From assembly GCF_001194135.2 (NCBI RefSeq), contig NC_068985.1, positions 102,137,499-102,195,970 on the forward strand: a DNA stretch of 58,472 bases, read 5' to 3'. The notes beneath the pieces are model-generated. The model had not been told where the DNA came from. It saw nothing but the letters and a program-made list of their open reading frames with translations, and made no database searches. The stretch's first letter is position 1. Every line of letters starts with the position of its first letter. A program made the position numbers and the translations under genes. This document shows positions 12,873-26,032 of this stretch, piece by piece. This stretch comes from Octopus bimaculoides (Eukaryota).

Positions 12873-13471
12873 CTGTAACCTTTTATATGGTGTATAATTT
12901 ATAAATATATTGTAGAGAAATAGTGCTACATCTATCGTTTAATCTATCTTTTGTAGTGCTGCTTGCATGTCTGTGTACTTGCCCGTTTGCATACATCAGC
13001 GTGTAACTGTTATGTATGCATGTATATATGTGTGCATTTTTGCATGCATGCATGTATCGGTGAATGTATGCATGCATCTACATATGAGTACGTGCTAATA
13101 TTAGCGTGTTTATATGAAAGGAAATGTGAAAGGAGAAAATAATGGAACTCAGTAGGTGTTTTCTATTATATGATAAGGCGCGTTGATCCATACCTACACT
13201 TTGCACAGAATCAAAAGAGCGCAAACACCTATTTAAGCGTAGGCTACAACAAACACACGCCCACAAATACACATAAACACATATACACACGCAAATATAT
13301 AAGAAAATCAAACGTGCTTACGCGCATATATACACACAAACATATTTTTGGCCTCAGATATATTATGTATAAAAATGTATGGCGTCAAATAAACACATGC
13401 TAGGCGACTGTGTGGCTGTTTTTGCTGTTTTTGTTTATATCAATGTTAGTTATACTTCAGTAGCCATATCA

Positions 13472-13553
13472 TCAAAAGCGTTCCACCCATGACAACCCTT
13501 TTTTGATTTTGTTTTTCTTTATGATTTGGATAGCATTGGCCAATGATTCTTCA
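13472..13553 (-). CDS. Weak candidate terminal exon (xEESLANAIQIIKKNKIKKGLSWVERF*)
   Basis: gcgttttaaacag|T GAA GAA TCA... open to TGA; the other two frames stop earlier. Confidence 0.2.
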
Positions 13554-14532
13554 CTGTTTAAAACGCTATTATATTACAGAGAACTTAATTTAGTACGCAA
13601 CCATAATACATCACGTTATCTAGCTGGGTTTAAATATTAAGTTGCGAGCTCGAATTAGCTGGTGCTTTGTGGTGTTTTTGCAAAGAAAATTGTATGTACA
13701 ATAAGTAATGATATAAAGCGCGCACGGTTTCTACTACTACCACTGGCCTCTCATTGCATTTGGAATCATATTTCTGTATTAAACGAGTCTGCATTAAACT
13801 CATGAGTATTATATCAACTACTGACATATTCTGNNNNNNNNNNNNNNNNNNNNNNNNNNNNNNNNNNNNNNNNNNNNNNNNNNNNNNNNNNNNNNNNNNN
13901 NNNNNNNNNNNNNNNNNNNNNNNNNNNNNNNNNNNNNNNNNNNNNNNNNNNNNNNNNNNNNNNNNNNNNNNNNNNNNNNNNNNNNNNNNNNNNNNNNNNN
14001 NNNNNNNNNNNNNNNNNNNNNNNNNNNNNNNNNNNNNNNNNNNNNNNNNNNNNNNNNNNNNNNNNNNNNNNNNNNNNNNNNNNNNNNNNNNNNNNNNNNN
14101 NNNNNNNNNNNNNNNNNNNNNNNNNNNNNNATATATATACATGACTATGTATATCCTTGTATGTATGTGTGCTTGTCTGTGGGTCTGCAAGTTTATTTAT
14201 TGCTTCAAACAAATGAAAGATTCGATACATGAACACGGAATTTTAGGCATAGCCTAGTTTCATATACTACACTCATTAAGTTAGTCAATGACGGTATCTA
14301 ATCGTAGATAATGAACATTTAGTTGTCATCATCGCAGACAATTTTTCTTGGACGACTTCCATGTGCCCACAAACTCTACAACGTAGTTGTCTGGTAACTA
14401 TCGCATTATAACTGTCTCTTCATAAATATGAGTGATGTTTAATTTCACTTCAGACAGAGACACTATTATAAATTCGTAATCAGTAGAAGATAATTTATCG
14501 AGAAGGCAGGACGCAAGATAAAAACTCGTTAC

Positions 14533-14648
14533 CTTATCACAGCAGATGAAAGAAGAAAATTTATCAGAATTCAATGCGCCCATCATTATGCCTGCAATTC
14601 ACAGTACACCGGGCAACTTTCTGGTTTTAGTAACTCAAAATTTTTCAC
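14533..14648 (-). CDS. Candidate exon containing a start codon (5'UTR + MMGALNSDKFSSFICCDK), preceded by a 106-nt intron-like segment
   Basis: Donor ctag|gtaagt at 14754, acceptor tttctgtacag| at 14649, donor ataag|gtaacg at 14532. All three frames entering the exon stop, so only the ATGs at 14586/14583 give coding sequence. Confidence 0.3.
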
Positions 14649-15103
14649 CTGTACAGAAATATAACAAACTATCAAAATGCACAATATAAAGGTCAGGCAT
14701 TCCTGTCTGCATAACATTGTTCGCACATCACACGCCTTAACTGGAAGCACTTACCTAGATACCTCGCAAACAAATAACAAATTAAAATTTCAGAAATCTC
14801 ACAAATTTCTTACTGAAGCCATATCCCCTTTCAAACATTATGACTAATATCATATATAACACATTCACAGAGTAGGAATGATTATATACGGGTCTCACCA
14901 CGAATTCTACGAAAAACAGATGCAAAAGGATTCCTATTAATTCAAGTCACTGGGCAAACAAAACGCACCATATTTGTCCCAATTCGCATGGAAACTCAGG
15001 GACTTTGAAGTATGGAACATGGACTTTCATCAAAAAAGCTACACCATTTCTTAACGGCTGTTGCAATTTTCTACTCCCCCCTTCTCTCTCCCCCTCTCTC
15101 TCC

Positions 15104-15164
<61 letters not shown>

Positions 15165-15400
15165 TCTCTCTGGGATCTTTTCGATTGCTATCGCAAACGG
15201 CAGCAGGTTACTTCAGCTGAATACACATCGCTGATTGGTAAAAATTACCAAAATGCCAAATGCAACAACTTTAACTCGAAATAACTTCTAAAATACGAAA
15301 TTTGATCGAAAATGTTGAAAGTAAACCGTGTTCAGCGTGAGCAATTACACCAGTATCCGAAGATTGAAACTCTTTATTTAAAAAAAAAATCCAAATTGTG

Positions 15401-15439
<39 letters not shown>

Positions 15440-15459
15440 CTCTTGCTGCTTACATGCAT

Positions 15460-15719
15460 CCAAACATTCGTGAAGTTGAATGAGCACTCCACAGACACGT
15501 GTACATCTTAATGTAGTTCTCAGGTATAGTCAGCACGACACAGAATGTAACAAGACTGGCCCTTTAAAATACAGGTACTACTAATGTTTGCCAACTGAGT
15601 GAACTGGAGCAACGTGAAATAAAGTGTCTTGCTCAAGGACACAACGCGTTGCCAGGAACTGAACCCAAGACCTTACGATCGTGAACCGAATACACTAACC
15701 ACTAAGCCACGTGCTTTCA
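15460..15719 (-). mobile_element. Family-C tRNA-type SINE
   Basis: Reverse complement reads cacgtggcttagtggttagtgtattcggttcacgatcgtaaggtcttgggttcagttcc (A and B boxes), then cgttgtgtccttgagcaagacactttatttcacgttgctccagttcactcag. Confidence 0.88.
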
Positions 15720-16609
15720 TATATANNNNNNNNNNNNNNNNNNNNNNNNNNNNNNNNNNNNNNNNNNNNNNNNNNNNNNNNNNNNNNNNNNNNNNNNNNN
15801 NNNNNNNNNNNNNNNNNNNNNNNNNNNNNNNNNNNNNNNNNNNNNNNNNNNNNNNNNNNNNNNNNNNNNNNNNNNNNNNNNNNNNNNNNNNNNNNNNNNN
15901 NNNNNNNNNNNNNNNNNNNNNNNNNNNNNNNNNNNNNNNNNNNNNNNNNNNNNNNNNNNNNNNNNNNNNNNNNNNNNNNNNNNNNNNNNNNNNNNNNNNN
16001 NNNNNNNNNNNNNNNNNNNNNNNNNNNNNNNNNNNNNNNNNNNNNNNNNNNNNNNNNNNNNNNNNNNNNNNNNNNNNNNNNNNNTATATATATATAGGTA
16101 CCGCCAATATCTGTGCACCTGTGCATCACACTTCATTATATTTATGAAGGATGAATGAAGACACGTTGTAATACATATAGCGTTTGAGTGCATAACGCAT
16201 GTTTTGATTCATTTCTCACTAAAAGCTTACTTTAAACACACACACACACACATACACACACACACACACATACACACACACACACACACACATACACACA
16301 TATGAATGCACGCATGTGTTTGTGTGCATGTGTTTCTGAACACATCTATGTGTGTGTATATATGCATGTACGTATATTTCTACGTGTAATATGTGCCTGT
16401 TTGAGTAGTGTAAGCGTTGATGTATAAACTGTATGGTATTATGAAAGCCTGTTGCCTTTTGTGTGTTCGTATATATGTCATTTCGTGCTTTAGTATGGAT
16501 CCATTAGGCTGTATTGAAGAAACCGAGAAATATGTGTGTGCTTGACAGCTAGCAGGAAACAGTTGACTGCCAACTACTGGTGTTTCTGAAAGTTCAATTC
16601 ATTGGTAGT

Positions 16610-17040
16610 GGTTATACCGGTGATGGTGGAGGTGGCGGTGGTATCGGTGGTGGGGTTGGTGGTGATGGTGGTGGTGGTGGTGGGCTGCTGTTGATGGTAT
16701 TTGAGTAGGTGAATGTGGAGGTAGTGTGAAATGTTGAGGGTGGATTGGTGTGGTGTTGTGTGGAGTATGTGTGTGTTGGGAGGAAAGGAGGGAGGGGTTA
16801 CTAGGCAGATGGTGATTAAGACGCTGCCGATGATTGCAGATGAGGAGGAGGAGGAGGAGGAGGGGGAGGTGGAAGTCAAAAGATGATCGTGATGTTAATG
16901 ACGATGAAAACCGAGATGATTGCAATCTGGATGCTGATAGTGAATGAAGCAGACGGCTTCATGATGATGATAACGATGATGATCGTGGTCGTGGTCGTGG
17001 TGGTGATATCGGTGGTGGTGGCATTTTCGGTAGTGATGTT
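16610..17040. repeat. Degenerate (GGT)/(GAT)/(GGA) trinucleotide low-complexity tract
   Basis: Direct inspection; explains the Thr-, His- and Val-rich pseudo-ORFs here. Confidence 0.85.
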
Positions 17041-17344
17041 AAAGAGGAAAAGAGGAAAGAGAAAGAGGTTAATATGAATGTCGGTATTATAACAGCCAGA
17101 CTGATATTAAATACAATAATGTTCATGAGAATTGTAATAAATTATTTGTTTTTCAGTCGTTTCGTTTTACTTAAGAGACAGGAGAAGGAATGTTGATGAC
17201 TCTGATGTTATGACTCTCATGGTGCTGCAGCTTGTGCGTCTGTGGAGAAATGAGGATTAAAATTTACATTGAAATCTACATGGGGACATCTTAGAACAAA
17301 TATGCTGAATCATCGAACCGAGATATGTGTGTGTGCGCGTGTGC

Positions 17345-17547
17345 GTTCGTGTATGTGTGTATGAATATTTTTCAAAGCGTGGGTATGTTGGTATGTGTGC
17401 GTTGGTCTGTGTGTGTCTTTTAGTGCTTGTGTATGATGGTATGTGTTCGTGTATGTGTGCATGAATATTTTTCAAAGCGTGGGTATGTTGGTATGTGTGC
17501 GCTGGTGTGTGTGTGTCTTTTAGTGCTTGTGTATGATGGTATGTGTT
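17345..17547. repeat. Tandem duplication with a 100-bp period
   Basis: atgaatatttttcaaagcgtgggtatgttggtatgtgtgc occurs at 17361 and 17461; the two units differ at only a few positions. Confidence 0.92.
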
Positions 17548-18300
17548 TGTGTGTGTGTGTATGTTTATGAGTGTATGTTGCTATGTGTGCATGCGCGTGT
17601 ATGTATGTTTATGCGTGCTTATGGTTGTATGTGTGTATGTTTTGTGTGTGTATGTTTATATGTGTGCATATGGTTGCATGGGTGTGTGTGTTTGTGTATG
17701 TGTGTACGGTTGCGAGTGTGTGTGTGTATATGTATGTATACGTTTATGTGTGTATATGTTTGTATGTGTGTGTTTGTGTGTGTTTGTGTGTGTTTGTGTG
17801 TGCTTGCATGTGGCTGTATGTGTATGTTTGTGAGTGCGTACGTATATTGTGTGCGTATGTTTGTATGTGTGTATATGGTTGTATGTGTGTGTATGTTTGT
17901 AAGTTTGTGTATGTTTATGTGTGTATTTTTATGAGTGTATACTTGTGTGTGCTTGTGTATATGTTTGTAAGTGTGTGTATGTTTCTATGTTTCCGCCTGT
18001 GTGCGTATGTTTGTGAGTGTATGTTTGCATGCGTGTGTGTGCGCGTATGATTGTGTGTGCGTGTGTGTATGTTGTATGTACGTATATGGTTGCATGTGCG
18101 CATGTGTATGCTTGTGTGTGTGTATGTTTGTGTGTATGTGTGTGTAAGTTTGCCTGTGTATGTTTCTATTTGTGTGTGTTTGTGTGTGTATGTGTATTTG
18201 TGTATTGTATATGGTTGCATGTTTATACTTCTATGTGTGCGTATGTATGATCTTTGTATGTGTTTGTGTTTATATCTATATTTCTGTATGTTTACGTACA
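17548..18300. repeat. Long degenerate (TG)-rich tract
   Basis: Direct inspection; runs directly into the 3' half of a family-B SINE. Confidence 0.9.
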
Positions 18301-18304
18301 TTTG

Positions 18305-18480
18305 TCCCGCACCCACCACTTGACAGCCGCTGTTGGTTTCTTTACGCCCCTGTTAATTAGTTGTTCGGTTAAAAAGACTAACACAATAAGTACTAGACTA
18401 ATATTAACTGGGGTTGATCTCTTCGACTACAAAGCCCTTAAAGCTCTCTCCATTGACCGAAACAAGTTAAGAATTAACAT
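18305..18480 (+). mobile_element. 3' half of a family-B SINE
   Basis: accacttgacagccgctgttggtttctttacgcccctg...gttcggttaaaaagac...aataagtact...ggggttgatctcttcgacta is colinear with 3460-3600. Confidence 0.75.
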
Positions 18481-18711
18481 AATACAATAACACATATGAA
18501 CCAATCATAGCTTTATCTATTTGGTATGGCTTTCCATCGAAGAAAGACGAATTTTCCAACACTAAACTTTTTACTCGAAACATGTATAATCTGAGAGACG
18601 CTTATTTACGTCCAAGTTAAACAAGAATTACATTTCCAGACAAACGTTTTCGAACAAGCTGCCTTTTTTGCCATCTGCACACATCAGTAGATTGAATCGA
18701 ATTGATTTTTA

Positions 18712-18900
18712 ATACAACGTGGCTTAGTGGTTTTGGAGTTGGGCTCGCGATAGCAAGATTGTGATTTCGACTCCTAGCCTGGGCGACGCGTTGTGTCCTT
18801 GAGCAAAACACATCATTTCACGTCGCTCCAGTTTACTCAGCTGGCAAAAATAAGTAACCCTGCGAGTAACCGACATCCCAACCAGTTGGGGAATAACAGG
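18712..18900 (+). mobile_element. Family-C tRNA-type SINE
   Basis: caacgtggcttagtggtt...tgatttcgactcc...cgttgtgtccttgagcaaaacacatcatttcacgtcgctccagtttactcagctggcaaaaataagt. Confidence 0.85.
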
Positions 18901-19067
18901 TCGTCATCGACTTACAACCAGAAGTGGTTCCGACTGACTGGTCGTAAGTCGGCCTACATAGCGTTGTTTTATATTTTTACATTCTTAAGGTACATTCTCA
19001 AGTAAAAGTCACACACGCAGTATTCCGTATTATACTATTATACTGACGTTAGTTAAAAATTTCGGAG

Positions 19068-19313
19068 TGTCAAGCAGTCGTCTTATAAACAAATACGAGG
19101 TTGTCTCGATGTCTCCGCGACAGGATAGTCATCGAACACAGTGTCGACGCCCCCAGGCGAAAAAGTAGGATCTCCCAAGACATATAAATAGAGGTAGTCT
19201 GGCCGTGGTAGGAGTGTTGAGTAGCAGTTGAGTAGCAGTCGAGTAGCAGTTGTGTAGCGGTTGCGCAGAGATCATCCGAATATGCTAGATAGCAGTAGCG
19301 TTGAGACATAACA
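19068..19313. mobile_element. Putative solo-LTR-like element, 246 bp (TGTCAAG...ATAACA)
   Basis: TG...CA ends, an internal tataaatag, and ~170 bp of clear homology with 56794-57039. No convincing TSD. Confidence 0.55.
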
Positions 19314-19772
19314 CGGGCGACGAGGATTTCGTAGCTCACACAGCCACTGGTAGTATTTTGAGACATAACACATTTGCTGCTGAGACACAATTTAATCATT
19401 AGAAACAAAATATCGTGCTATCCTCACTTTGTGAACCGTTAGTAAATAAACGTGGCGGATTCATCTTTGAAGCATTTTGCAGAATTTCTTTCAATTCCGA
19501 ACATAGATTTTCAACTCAAGATTCTAATACACATCCACATGTTACTGACGGAAATTCAGAGTAAATTAGACGTAATAAACTGACATGATTTGAATGTTAC
19601 AGAGCATGTGACGTTGTTAAGAAATACTTTTCTTCTGATAAATGTAGATTATTACAGAAGTATTATGTTTGGTATAATATTAGTGTATCCTAAAATCATT
19701 TTTACAACATACCAGTTGAATTTGTCAGACCAAAATTTATAGCCAAAATTGTAGGTTGATTATATACCAAGA

Positions 19773-19990
19773 AAAGGCGACGAGCTGGCAGAATCGATAG
19801 GACTAGGGACAAAATACTAAGCAGCATTTCGTCTCTCTCTTCGTTCTGAGCTCAAATGCCTCCGAGGTTGACTTTTCCTTTCATCCTTTCGGGGTCGATG
19901 AATTAAATATCGGTGAAACACTAGGATCAATGTAATCGAATTGTTCCCTCTCCGAAAATTTGAGGCCTTGTGCCTTGAAGAGAAAGGATT
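19773..19990 (+). mobile_element. Family-A SINE, near full length
   Basis: aaggcgacgagctggcagaatcg...ttctgagctcaaatgcctccgaggttgacttttcctttcatcctttcggggtcgatg...ggccttgtgcc...gaaagga. Confidence 0.9.
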
Positions 19991-21251
19991 TATACATCAA
20001 GATGATTTTGAAAAACAAAAATTCCACGTGAAATGCAGTAATATTTAGAAAGATAGTGACGATATTTCAATGTTTGCACTACGTGGTTACAAATTTATAT
20101 TATGTCAGACTTATATGTCAGAAAATACGCTTTTTTATAATATATTCACGACATTTTGGAGTGATGCGGGTTCAACAATATTTACCATGGAAGGATATTG
20201 AAATCATTATATAAATTTTTATTATATAAAACATATTCGAGCGTTCTGCTTTCAATACTTTTCAATATGGAATGAAATCAAGAATATAACAGAGATATTT
20301 ATGAACTAACATTATGGAGTAATATAAATTTATGCAATTTAATAGGAAAATAGAAATAAGATGACCTATGAAACGTGAAATTTCCTCATCGCTCGCCAGT
20401 AAATATATAACAGTTGTCATTTTTATTAGCAATAGAAAAAGAAAAGATAGATTTGTAAACAAGATGTTTATAGCTATGATCAACACTACACTAGAGTTAG
20501 ATAAATAATTATTCCATCGCAGTCATATTGATAAATGGTACCCTAACGCCAGATACCCACATCATAGACACACTGAAATTTTGATATTATCAAATACATT
20601 GTTGGGTTATCTCCTACTTCAACCATAGCCGTCAGATATTATCATGTATATAAATTATAAAATAAAATAAAAATCTCTATAGAACGTATGAAGTAAAATA
20701 TTTCTAAATAAACCGGTGAGATACACTGGAGAACTACGTGTCAAAGGTCATTGAGAGATAAGTGTACGTTAGAAAATATTGCGCCGTTTAATGGTTGGCC
20801 AATGCTGTATCAATTTGGCCAGTGTCTGCTTTCATAAAATGAACGCCTAGAATTTATCTTTATTTATTGTTATTTAGGAGCGTATTTTTTTAATTTTTTT
20901 TATTCTTTTCCTTGTTTTCCTTATTTATTATTTTTGTCGTTATTCTCTTAAGCAGCGATTATGAACAGATTTGGCTATCATTATATCTAAGCTAGCAGTT
21001 CTGTCCAAAAGTAAACTACCACTGTTTTGTCATTTATATTTTTAATAGTTATGCTGCGATGCTTTTTCGCTGAAAATTATACGTTAGTGATGTGTCCTTG
21101 AGTGTGTTATTACTAGCTTGTTTATTTTACCTTTGAATCACGCCCTCTCAGTATAAAAGTGAAATACAAGCAGGCTTTGGATAATGTTATATAGGTATTG
21201 AAGAGCTGGGATGCCGTAGTAAGCGACTCTCTTTCTCTCTCTCTCTCTTTT

Positions 21252-21427
21252 ACTCTTTCACTTGTTTCAGTCATTTGACTGAATCGACCCCAGGTCTTAT
21301 TCCTTGGAAGCCAAGTACTTATTAAATCGGTCTCTTTTGCCGAACTGCTAATATTACGGGGATGTAAACACACCAGGATCGGTTGTCAAACGATGTTGCG
21401 GAGACAAACACAGACACACAAACATAC

Positions 21428-21481
<54 letters not shown>

Positions 21482-21765
21482 GGCCGTGTGTTTGTGTGNN
21501 NNNNNNNNNNNNNNNNNNNNNNNNNNNNNNNNNNNNNNNNNNNNNNNNNNNNNNNNNNNNNNNNNNNNNNNNNNNATATATATATATATATATATACGAC
21601 GGGCTTCTTTCAGTTTCCGTCTACCAAATCCTCTCACAAGGCTTTGGTCGGACCGAGGCTATAGTAGAATACACTTGCCCAAGGTGCCACGCAGTGGGAA
21701 TGAACCCGGAACCATGTAGTTGGTAAGCAAGCTACTTACCACAGAGCCATTCCTGTTCCTATATA
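21252..21765 (-). mobile_element. Family-B SINE spanning an internal microsatellite and an N gap
   Basis: The reverse-complement head lies at 21596-21765 and the 3' part at 21252-21400, matching the plus copy at 3200-3645. Confidence 0.88.
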
Positions 21766-21802
21766 CACCTGTATAGTTTTCTAAATCATTGAGTCATCTT
21801 TG

Positions 21803-21965
21803 TTTAAGTCATTGGACTGCGGTCATGCTGGGGCACCGCCTTGAATGGGTTCGTCGAACTAATGGACACCGGTGCTTATTTTCTTATGGCACTATAATAT
21901 AGGACAGGTGACCAAGTTGCCGCGTAGTGGGGCTAAACTTGAAACCAAGTGGTGGCCAGAGGAAA
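21803..21965 (-). mobile_element. Deleted, degenerate family-B SINE
   Basis: gtcattggactgcggtcatgctggggcaccgcc (3' end, reverse) and ccaagttgccgcgtagtggggctaaacttgaaacca (head, reverse). Confidence 0.65.
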
Positions 21966-22039
21966 ATAACCAATGACACGTTCGACATTATAGCATTTTC
22001 AAAGATTAACGATAATAAAAATTAGAGTTCTTCCTTATA

Positions 22040-22225
22040 GGACTGCGAGCTGGCAGACTTGATACCATGCTAGGCAAAATGCTTAACGGCATTTCATCCG
22101 TCTTTACTTCCTGAGTTCAAATTCCGACGAGGTTGATTTTGTCTTTCATTCTTTCGGGAGTCGATGAAACAAGTCTCATTTGTGAACTGAGAGTCGATGT
22201 AATCGACTCAACTTGCATCACCTAC
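22040..22225 (+). mobile_element. Family-A SINE
   Basis: gcgagctggcagac...aaatgcttaacggcatttcatccg...ctgagttcaaattccgacgagg...gtcgatgtaatcgact. Confidence 0.88.
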
Positions 22226-22304
22226 CCCCGAAACTTGATGTAAGACTCATCTTACGCTTACACTCGAAATTGTCAAAATTTGAAACCAATATTTCAATAA
22301 AATC

Positions 22305-22520
22305 AAAGGCGGGGGAGATGATAGAATCGTTACCGCTCGGAAAAAAATACTTAGCAGAAAAATATTTTAGGTTCTGACTCCATATGCATCCGTGGTCGAC
22401 TTTGCTTTTCCCTTTTTTAGTGGGGTCGTTAAGATAAGTACCAACGGATCCCTGGGGTTGATGAAAATCTACTAACACCTTAACTCAAATGTGCACGCCT
22501 TGTGCCTGCAGTACAAGTAA
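22305..22520 (+). mobile_element. Diverged family-A SINE, in tandem with the previous copy
   Basis: aaggcgggggagatgatagaatcgttac...gtggtcgactttgcttttccc...ggggtcgttaagataagtacc...gccttgtgcc. Confidence 0.75.
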
Positions 22521-23531
22521 TATTTCATTGATGTCTTGAACAGAGAATCAAATCGAATTTACCATCAATTCGAATCAAAGAATGCGAAGCATTGCCACTA
22601 TTTTACAGAGTTCACTCTGGTGAATTTAATCATTATAATTGAAGTCACCTACAAAATGAACAACAAAAAGTACGAATAACGTTGATGCTAGATAAAGGAA
22701 CAGAAGAGAAGGATTAATAATGAATTAAATTAAAGATAACCACCCAATAAAACTATACATATGTGTGCGTGTGTGTATGTGTGTTTAGGAAATATGAAAT
22801 GTGAACTTATTTGTACAGGAAATGCACTCTTTGGATTGCAACAGATTGGCACAGGTGCGGTTACTGCAGCTGTGCATAAAGTTACAATCTGCCGCATATT
22901 TGTTCATAATATTGCGATAATATTCACCTCATTACCCACACAACACCTTGCACTGGCGACGTTATTATCCCCCCCCCCAAAAAAAAAACTTATCTTTCCT
23001 TTCAGCCTCTCTCTCGCTCTCTCTCTCTCTTCTTCGCTCCCTCTCTCCCCCTCTCTCTCTCTTATTCATCATGTTTCTTTTCAATAATATTCTTTAACAA
23101 TTTGATACATTTGTTCAGTATTAAAAATTTTTTTTTTTCTTGTTATAATTTCATTTTTCTGCTACATTAATATATCACTCAAGCACGCAAAAGCACACAC
23201 ATATGCAGCCACACGAGCGTGCGTATGTGTGTGTGTGTGTGTATGTTGGTGTGAGAGAAAGAGAAAGAGAAAGAGAGAATGCGCATGCACATTACTAAGC
23301 ACATTTATGATTAAGTATTCTGCATATATATATATATATATACGCAAGTATTTTCTGTGATTACGTGTTCTGACAAGTATAGATCGTCTTCTCTTTCTTC
23401 CCTTTCTGTAACATAACCATTCTCGTATGCCTCACCTATCACCTTCTCTCACCCACGTATTAACACAAAGCTACGTTAAAACACTAACTCTTCATTTGAA
23501 ACTACCATACTGTTTTGCTGCAAGCTTTTCC

Positions 23532-23621
<90 letters not shown>

Positions 23622-23626
23622 TTATT

Positions 23627-23664
<38 letters not shown>

Positions 23665-23956
23665 GCTAGCTAGCTATATTTCTTTCTTTCTTTCTCTCTC
23701 TCTTTCTATCTATCTATCCATTTATCTATCCATCTATTTATCCTTCTATCAATCAACATATCTATTTAGCAGCCTGTCTGTCCGTCTATTTAGCTATCAA
23801 TCTGGCTATCTAGTTACCCACGAATCTGCTCACCTCTTACTACCAAGCTGTCAGTCCTTCTTTCCGTCTATTCATATATTCATCTATCTTCTATCCCCCA
23901 GTCTATTTGTTTAGCCCACTTCTATCTCTCTCTTTCCCTCTATCTAAATATTTTTT

Positions 23957-24014
<58 letters not shown>

Positions 24015-25473
24015 CTTCATTCTATCCATCTACCTATTTACCTACTTATATCTATCTCTCACACGCAAACAAATGCATGCATCATAGCCGTACTGACAGA
24101 CATTTATAAGCCAAAGCATGTGTTCCTTCGCACACCTCCAATTAACAGCTGAATTTCATACCGACATTCAGTGCAACATACACCTTGATTTCTTATTGTT
24201 TTCTCAGCTACTTAACTACTTATCAACTCACTTATTTTCTTGACATTTCTACCTGATCGGCTTTCTACAAAACATGAACAAGAACTAAACGATATACTAT
24301 CAGCATTCACCTTATTTATTCTAATTGCCAACCAACAAAACAACCAGCCTAATAACTTCCAGCTCTAATATCACACCAACCAATGGACCTATCAACATAT
24401 TTCTATACAGTTGCTTTTCTTTCGATGTAAGAATGTTTTCATTTTCATAACAGTCGTCAACAGAAATTGGGGATTTACTTTCACTTTTACATACACACAC
24501 ACACACACACGCATGTGTACATGTGCGTGTGTGCGTGCGTGTGCAGGGTATTATGTTATAACAGACAGAGAGAACGAAAGTAAAAGTGAAAAAAATATTA
24601 AGTAAATATACGATTCCCTGTTTATTAAAGATACAATTCATAAGTTTCCCTTACATTTTTCCTTATTATTATTCTTTCCTTCTCCCCACCTCTCTCGCTC
24701 TTGCACATACACAAATATACACACACACATACACAGATATATATATGTCGCAGAGAGTACGAACTCACATATTTACACCTATATNNNNNNNNNNNNNNNN
24801 NNNNNNNNNNNNNNNNNNNNNNNNNNNNNNNNNNNNNNNNNNNNNNNNNNNNNNNNNNNNNNNNNNNNNNNNNNNNNNNNNNNNNNTATATATATATAGG
24901 TACATATAAACCTGTTTGGATTTACAAACGAGAGAATATGAGTGCATAATGCGTTGTTAAGTGTACATTTCTATGTCAAAACGGTAAAATTTGGTGTATG
25001 AACATGTGTGGCATCTGTTTCTCGGTATATTTCTATTGATTTTCTTATTTGTTATGCCTTTCTGCTCAGAAAGTGTGACAGAACAGACTTTTGATTCAGA
25101 TGTGTTCCAATGTCTACCATCTCATTTTATTTTTATTTATTCAGTATTTAGAACTACATTAACCAACGTATTCTTCACACTGTTTGATTGTGAATGTGAT
25201 CTGAGGAAAATTTAGCTGTAGTTTCTAGTAAATCATAATGTTTTAGTGCATGGGTCATCCACACAACTAAGTACTGGTGAAAATATAATTTTCTGACATT
25301 TTGGCAGTGTGTCCAATAAATTATCGACTAATAATCTCATTCATTAACAAAGATAAACATACTTCTGTCTATTATGCTTTCGTAAATACACGCATGCGCA
25401 GTGAGTGATACAGGGATATACAGACGGAGAGAGAGATTGACATGTACAGAGGAATTGTATGAAGGAGACAGAA

Positions 25474-25514
<41 letters not shown>

Positions 25515-25524
25515 NNNNNNNNNN

Positions 25525-25569
<45 letters not shown>

Positions 25570-26032
25570 TCAGAAAGAAAATGGTAGAAATATGAACATC
25601 TACACATATATACGACGACATAATTTTATTTGTGTCAGTTGGCAAGAAACCGTTAGAAGGAAAGCTTTACAGAATCGCACTTCGTTTATACACGTTCAGA
25701 TCTTCATACTATGGAAGAGTTTCGTAGTTTATTATTTCAAGGTTTATAATGTAGATTCTGTAATATATTATACCAAATTATTCACGAGTATACATGTGTG
25801 TGCGAAGACGTAAGTGTGTTTGTGTTTGTGTGTGTCATTAACCAGCACCTACTCCTACGCTAAGCAAAAAATGTCCTTGTACTACATAGTACGATACAGG
25901 TTGCCATAGAAATTACAGATGACAGCATGTTCTTATTTGTAGCATGGTCTGTTGCTTATTTGATTTCTATTCTTTTTCACATATACTATGAACGGTGCGG
26001 AAAGAGACAAATAGCATATTAAAAAGCACACG

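Noticed and set aside
15640-15715. tRNA-like sequences in SINE heads (also at 18712, 42320 and 53430)
   Set aside because: They have A and B boxes but no complete cloverleaf and continue into SINE bodies, so they are not tRNA genes.
16574-17077. His-, Thr- and Ser-rich ORFs of 64-108 aa
   Set aside because: They come from a trinucleotide low-complexity tract open on both strands.
19070-19408. 112-aa minus ORF, and related ORFs at 56803-57040
   Set aside because: They lie in the LTR-like repeat, and the frames are not conserved between the two copies.
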